DNA of 47,647 nucleotides from the NCBI GenBank assembly GCA_032718475.1, contig JAUCBJ010007858.1, positions 1-47,647 of the forward strand. The letters are read 5' to 3'. Position 1 is the stretch's first letter; the number at the start of each line of letters is the position of its first letter. The notes under the pieces are model-generated. The model was not told the DNA's origin, did not search any database, and worked only from the letters and a program-made list of their open reading frames with translations. Position numbers and translations under genes: made by a program. The DNA comes from Nemertoderma westbladi. Taxonomy: Eukaryota > Animalia > Xenacoelomorpha. Of this stretch, positions 46,041 to 47,647 are shown one piece after another.

Positions 46041-47185
46041 TCTATATATTCCGTATGGCCGTCTCAGGTTGGTATCTATATATTCCGTGTGGCCCTCTCA
46101 CAGTGGTATATATTCCGTGTGGCCGTCTCACGTTGGTGTCTATATATTCCGTGTGGCCGTCTCACAGTGGTGTCTATATATTCCGTATGGCCGTCTCACA
46201 GTGGTGTCTATATATTCCGTGTGGCCGTCTCACAGTGGTGTCTATATATTCCGTGTGGCCGTCTCACAGTGGTGTCTATATATTCCGTATGGCCGTCTCA
46301 CGTTGGTGTCTATATATTCCGTGTGGCCGTCTCACAGTGGTGTCTATATATTCCATATGGCCGTCTCACATTGGTGTCTATATATTCCGTGTGGCCGTCT
46401 CACAGTGGTGTCTATATATTCCGTATGGCCGTCTCACAGTGGTGTCTATATATTCCGTGTGGCCGTCTCACAGTGGTGTCTATATATTCCGTATAGCCGT
46501 CTCACGTTGGTGTCTATATATTCCGTGTGGCCGTCTCACAGTGGTGTCTATATATTCCGTATGGCCGTCTCATGTTGGTGTCTATATATTCCGTATGACC
46601 GTCTCACAGTGGTGCCTATATATTCCGTATGGCCGTCTCACGTTGGTGTCTATATATTCCGTGTGGCCGTCTCACATTGGTGTCTATATATTCCGTGTGG
46701 CCGTCTCACAGTGGTGCCTATATATTCCGTGTGGCCATCTCACGTTGGTGTCTATATATTCCGGGTGGCCGTCTCACTGTGGTGTCTATATATTCCGTGT
46801 GGCCGTCTCACAGTGGTGCCTATATATTCCGTATGGCCGTCTCACGTTGGTGTCTATATATTCCGTATGGCCGTCTCACTGTGGTGTCTATATATTCCGT
46901 GTGGCCGTCTCACAGTGGTGCCTATATATTCCGTATGGCCGTCTCACGTTGGTGTCTATATATTCCGTATGGCCACTCACAGTGGTGTCTATATATTCCG
47001 TGTGGCCGTCTCACAGTGGTGTCTATATATTCCTTGTGGCCGTCTCACAGTGGTGTCTATATATTCAGTATGGCCGTCTCACTGTGGTGTCTATATATTC
47101 CGTGTGGCCGTCTCACAGTGGTGCCTATATATTCCGTATGGCAGTCTCACATTGGTGTCTATATATTCCGTGTGGCCGTCTCACT
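46041..47185. repeat. Minisatellite array 3, 34-bp unit, ~34 copies (plus an orphan unit at ~44442-44477)
   Basis: Unit GTCTCACAGTGGTGTCTATATATTCCGTGTGGCC. Confidence 0.97.
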
Positions 47186-47647
47186 ACTACTAGGATCGGC
47201 ATGCTGCATTGCAGCTGCATTTTTAAGAATGCTGTGCCGGCTTGTCAACAAAATTGCACCGCCACAACTCCCTATCACCCATGACATTTGCTAGATCATC
47301 CGCATCTTTAAGGCCAGTGTCCTTTAAGATGCGTCTCAAGAAAGTCATGGGCTGTCCACCATGCTTATTCACTCCATGAGGCTGCCAAAGTACAAGATTA
47401 TGCACTGGCTGGTCCTCACGGCGAAAGCAATGTCCTGCAAAGCGGAGGCGATTTTGTTCTAGTGTCAAGCTTGGGGGAACCAATGAGACACCTCCAATGT
47501 TATATAGTGTCTGGTTGGAGATGTGTGCATTGTACTTGACACAATGAACCCGGCGTAGCATTCTTGTGAATGTGCCATCCAGAGATTTGGTGTCCTCAGC
47601 AGTTAGAGCCCAGCATGGACTCCCGTAGAGGAGTACTAGAACTACTG
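47186..47647 (-). mobile_element. RTE-clade LINE 3' end (runs off the window)
   Basis: ORF 47223-47561 RLRFAGHCFRR...LVLWQP.G...MGDRELWR; TAGTAGTAG tail abutting array 3. Confidence 0.88.

Noticed and set aside
46055-47294. 409/374/221-aa ORFs
   Set aside because: Artefacts of the stop-free 34-bp repeat running into antisense RTE sequence.

Overview
This is an AT-rich eukaryotic window, most likely from an invertebrate animal; the taxon cannot be determined from the sequence. It contains three apparently single-exon host membrane-protein genes: an OFA-family MFS transporter, a TRAM1-like gene and a highly divergent SLC6. These sit among densely nested mobile elements: the 5' half of a BEL/Pao LTR retrotransposon plus a diverged solo LTR inside a non-autonomous MULE, three CR1/L2-group LINEs, two RTE fragments, two tRNA-derived SINEs, a DDE transposon with a nested P-like element, a Helentron-type HINE and several MITEs. 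Three minisatellite arrays (50, 29 and 34 bp units) appear related to each other. The most striking items are (i) a ~413-bp non-coding unit that fuses a tRNA-like Pol III cassette to a minimal hammerhead ribozyme, inserted as permuted tandem plus inverted copies with a 12-bp TSD (retrozyme-like), and (ii) a BEL/Pao element lacking a tRNA primer-binding site, whose PBS position is instead perfectly complementary to its own LTR (possible self-priming). All analysis was by eye; no searches were run.
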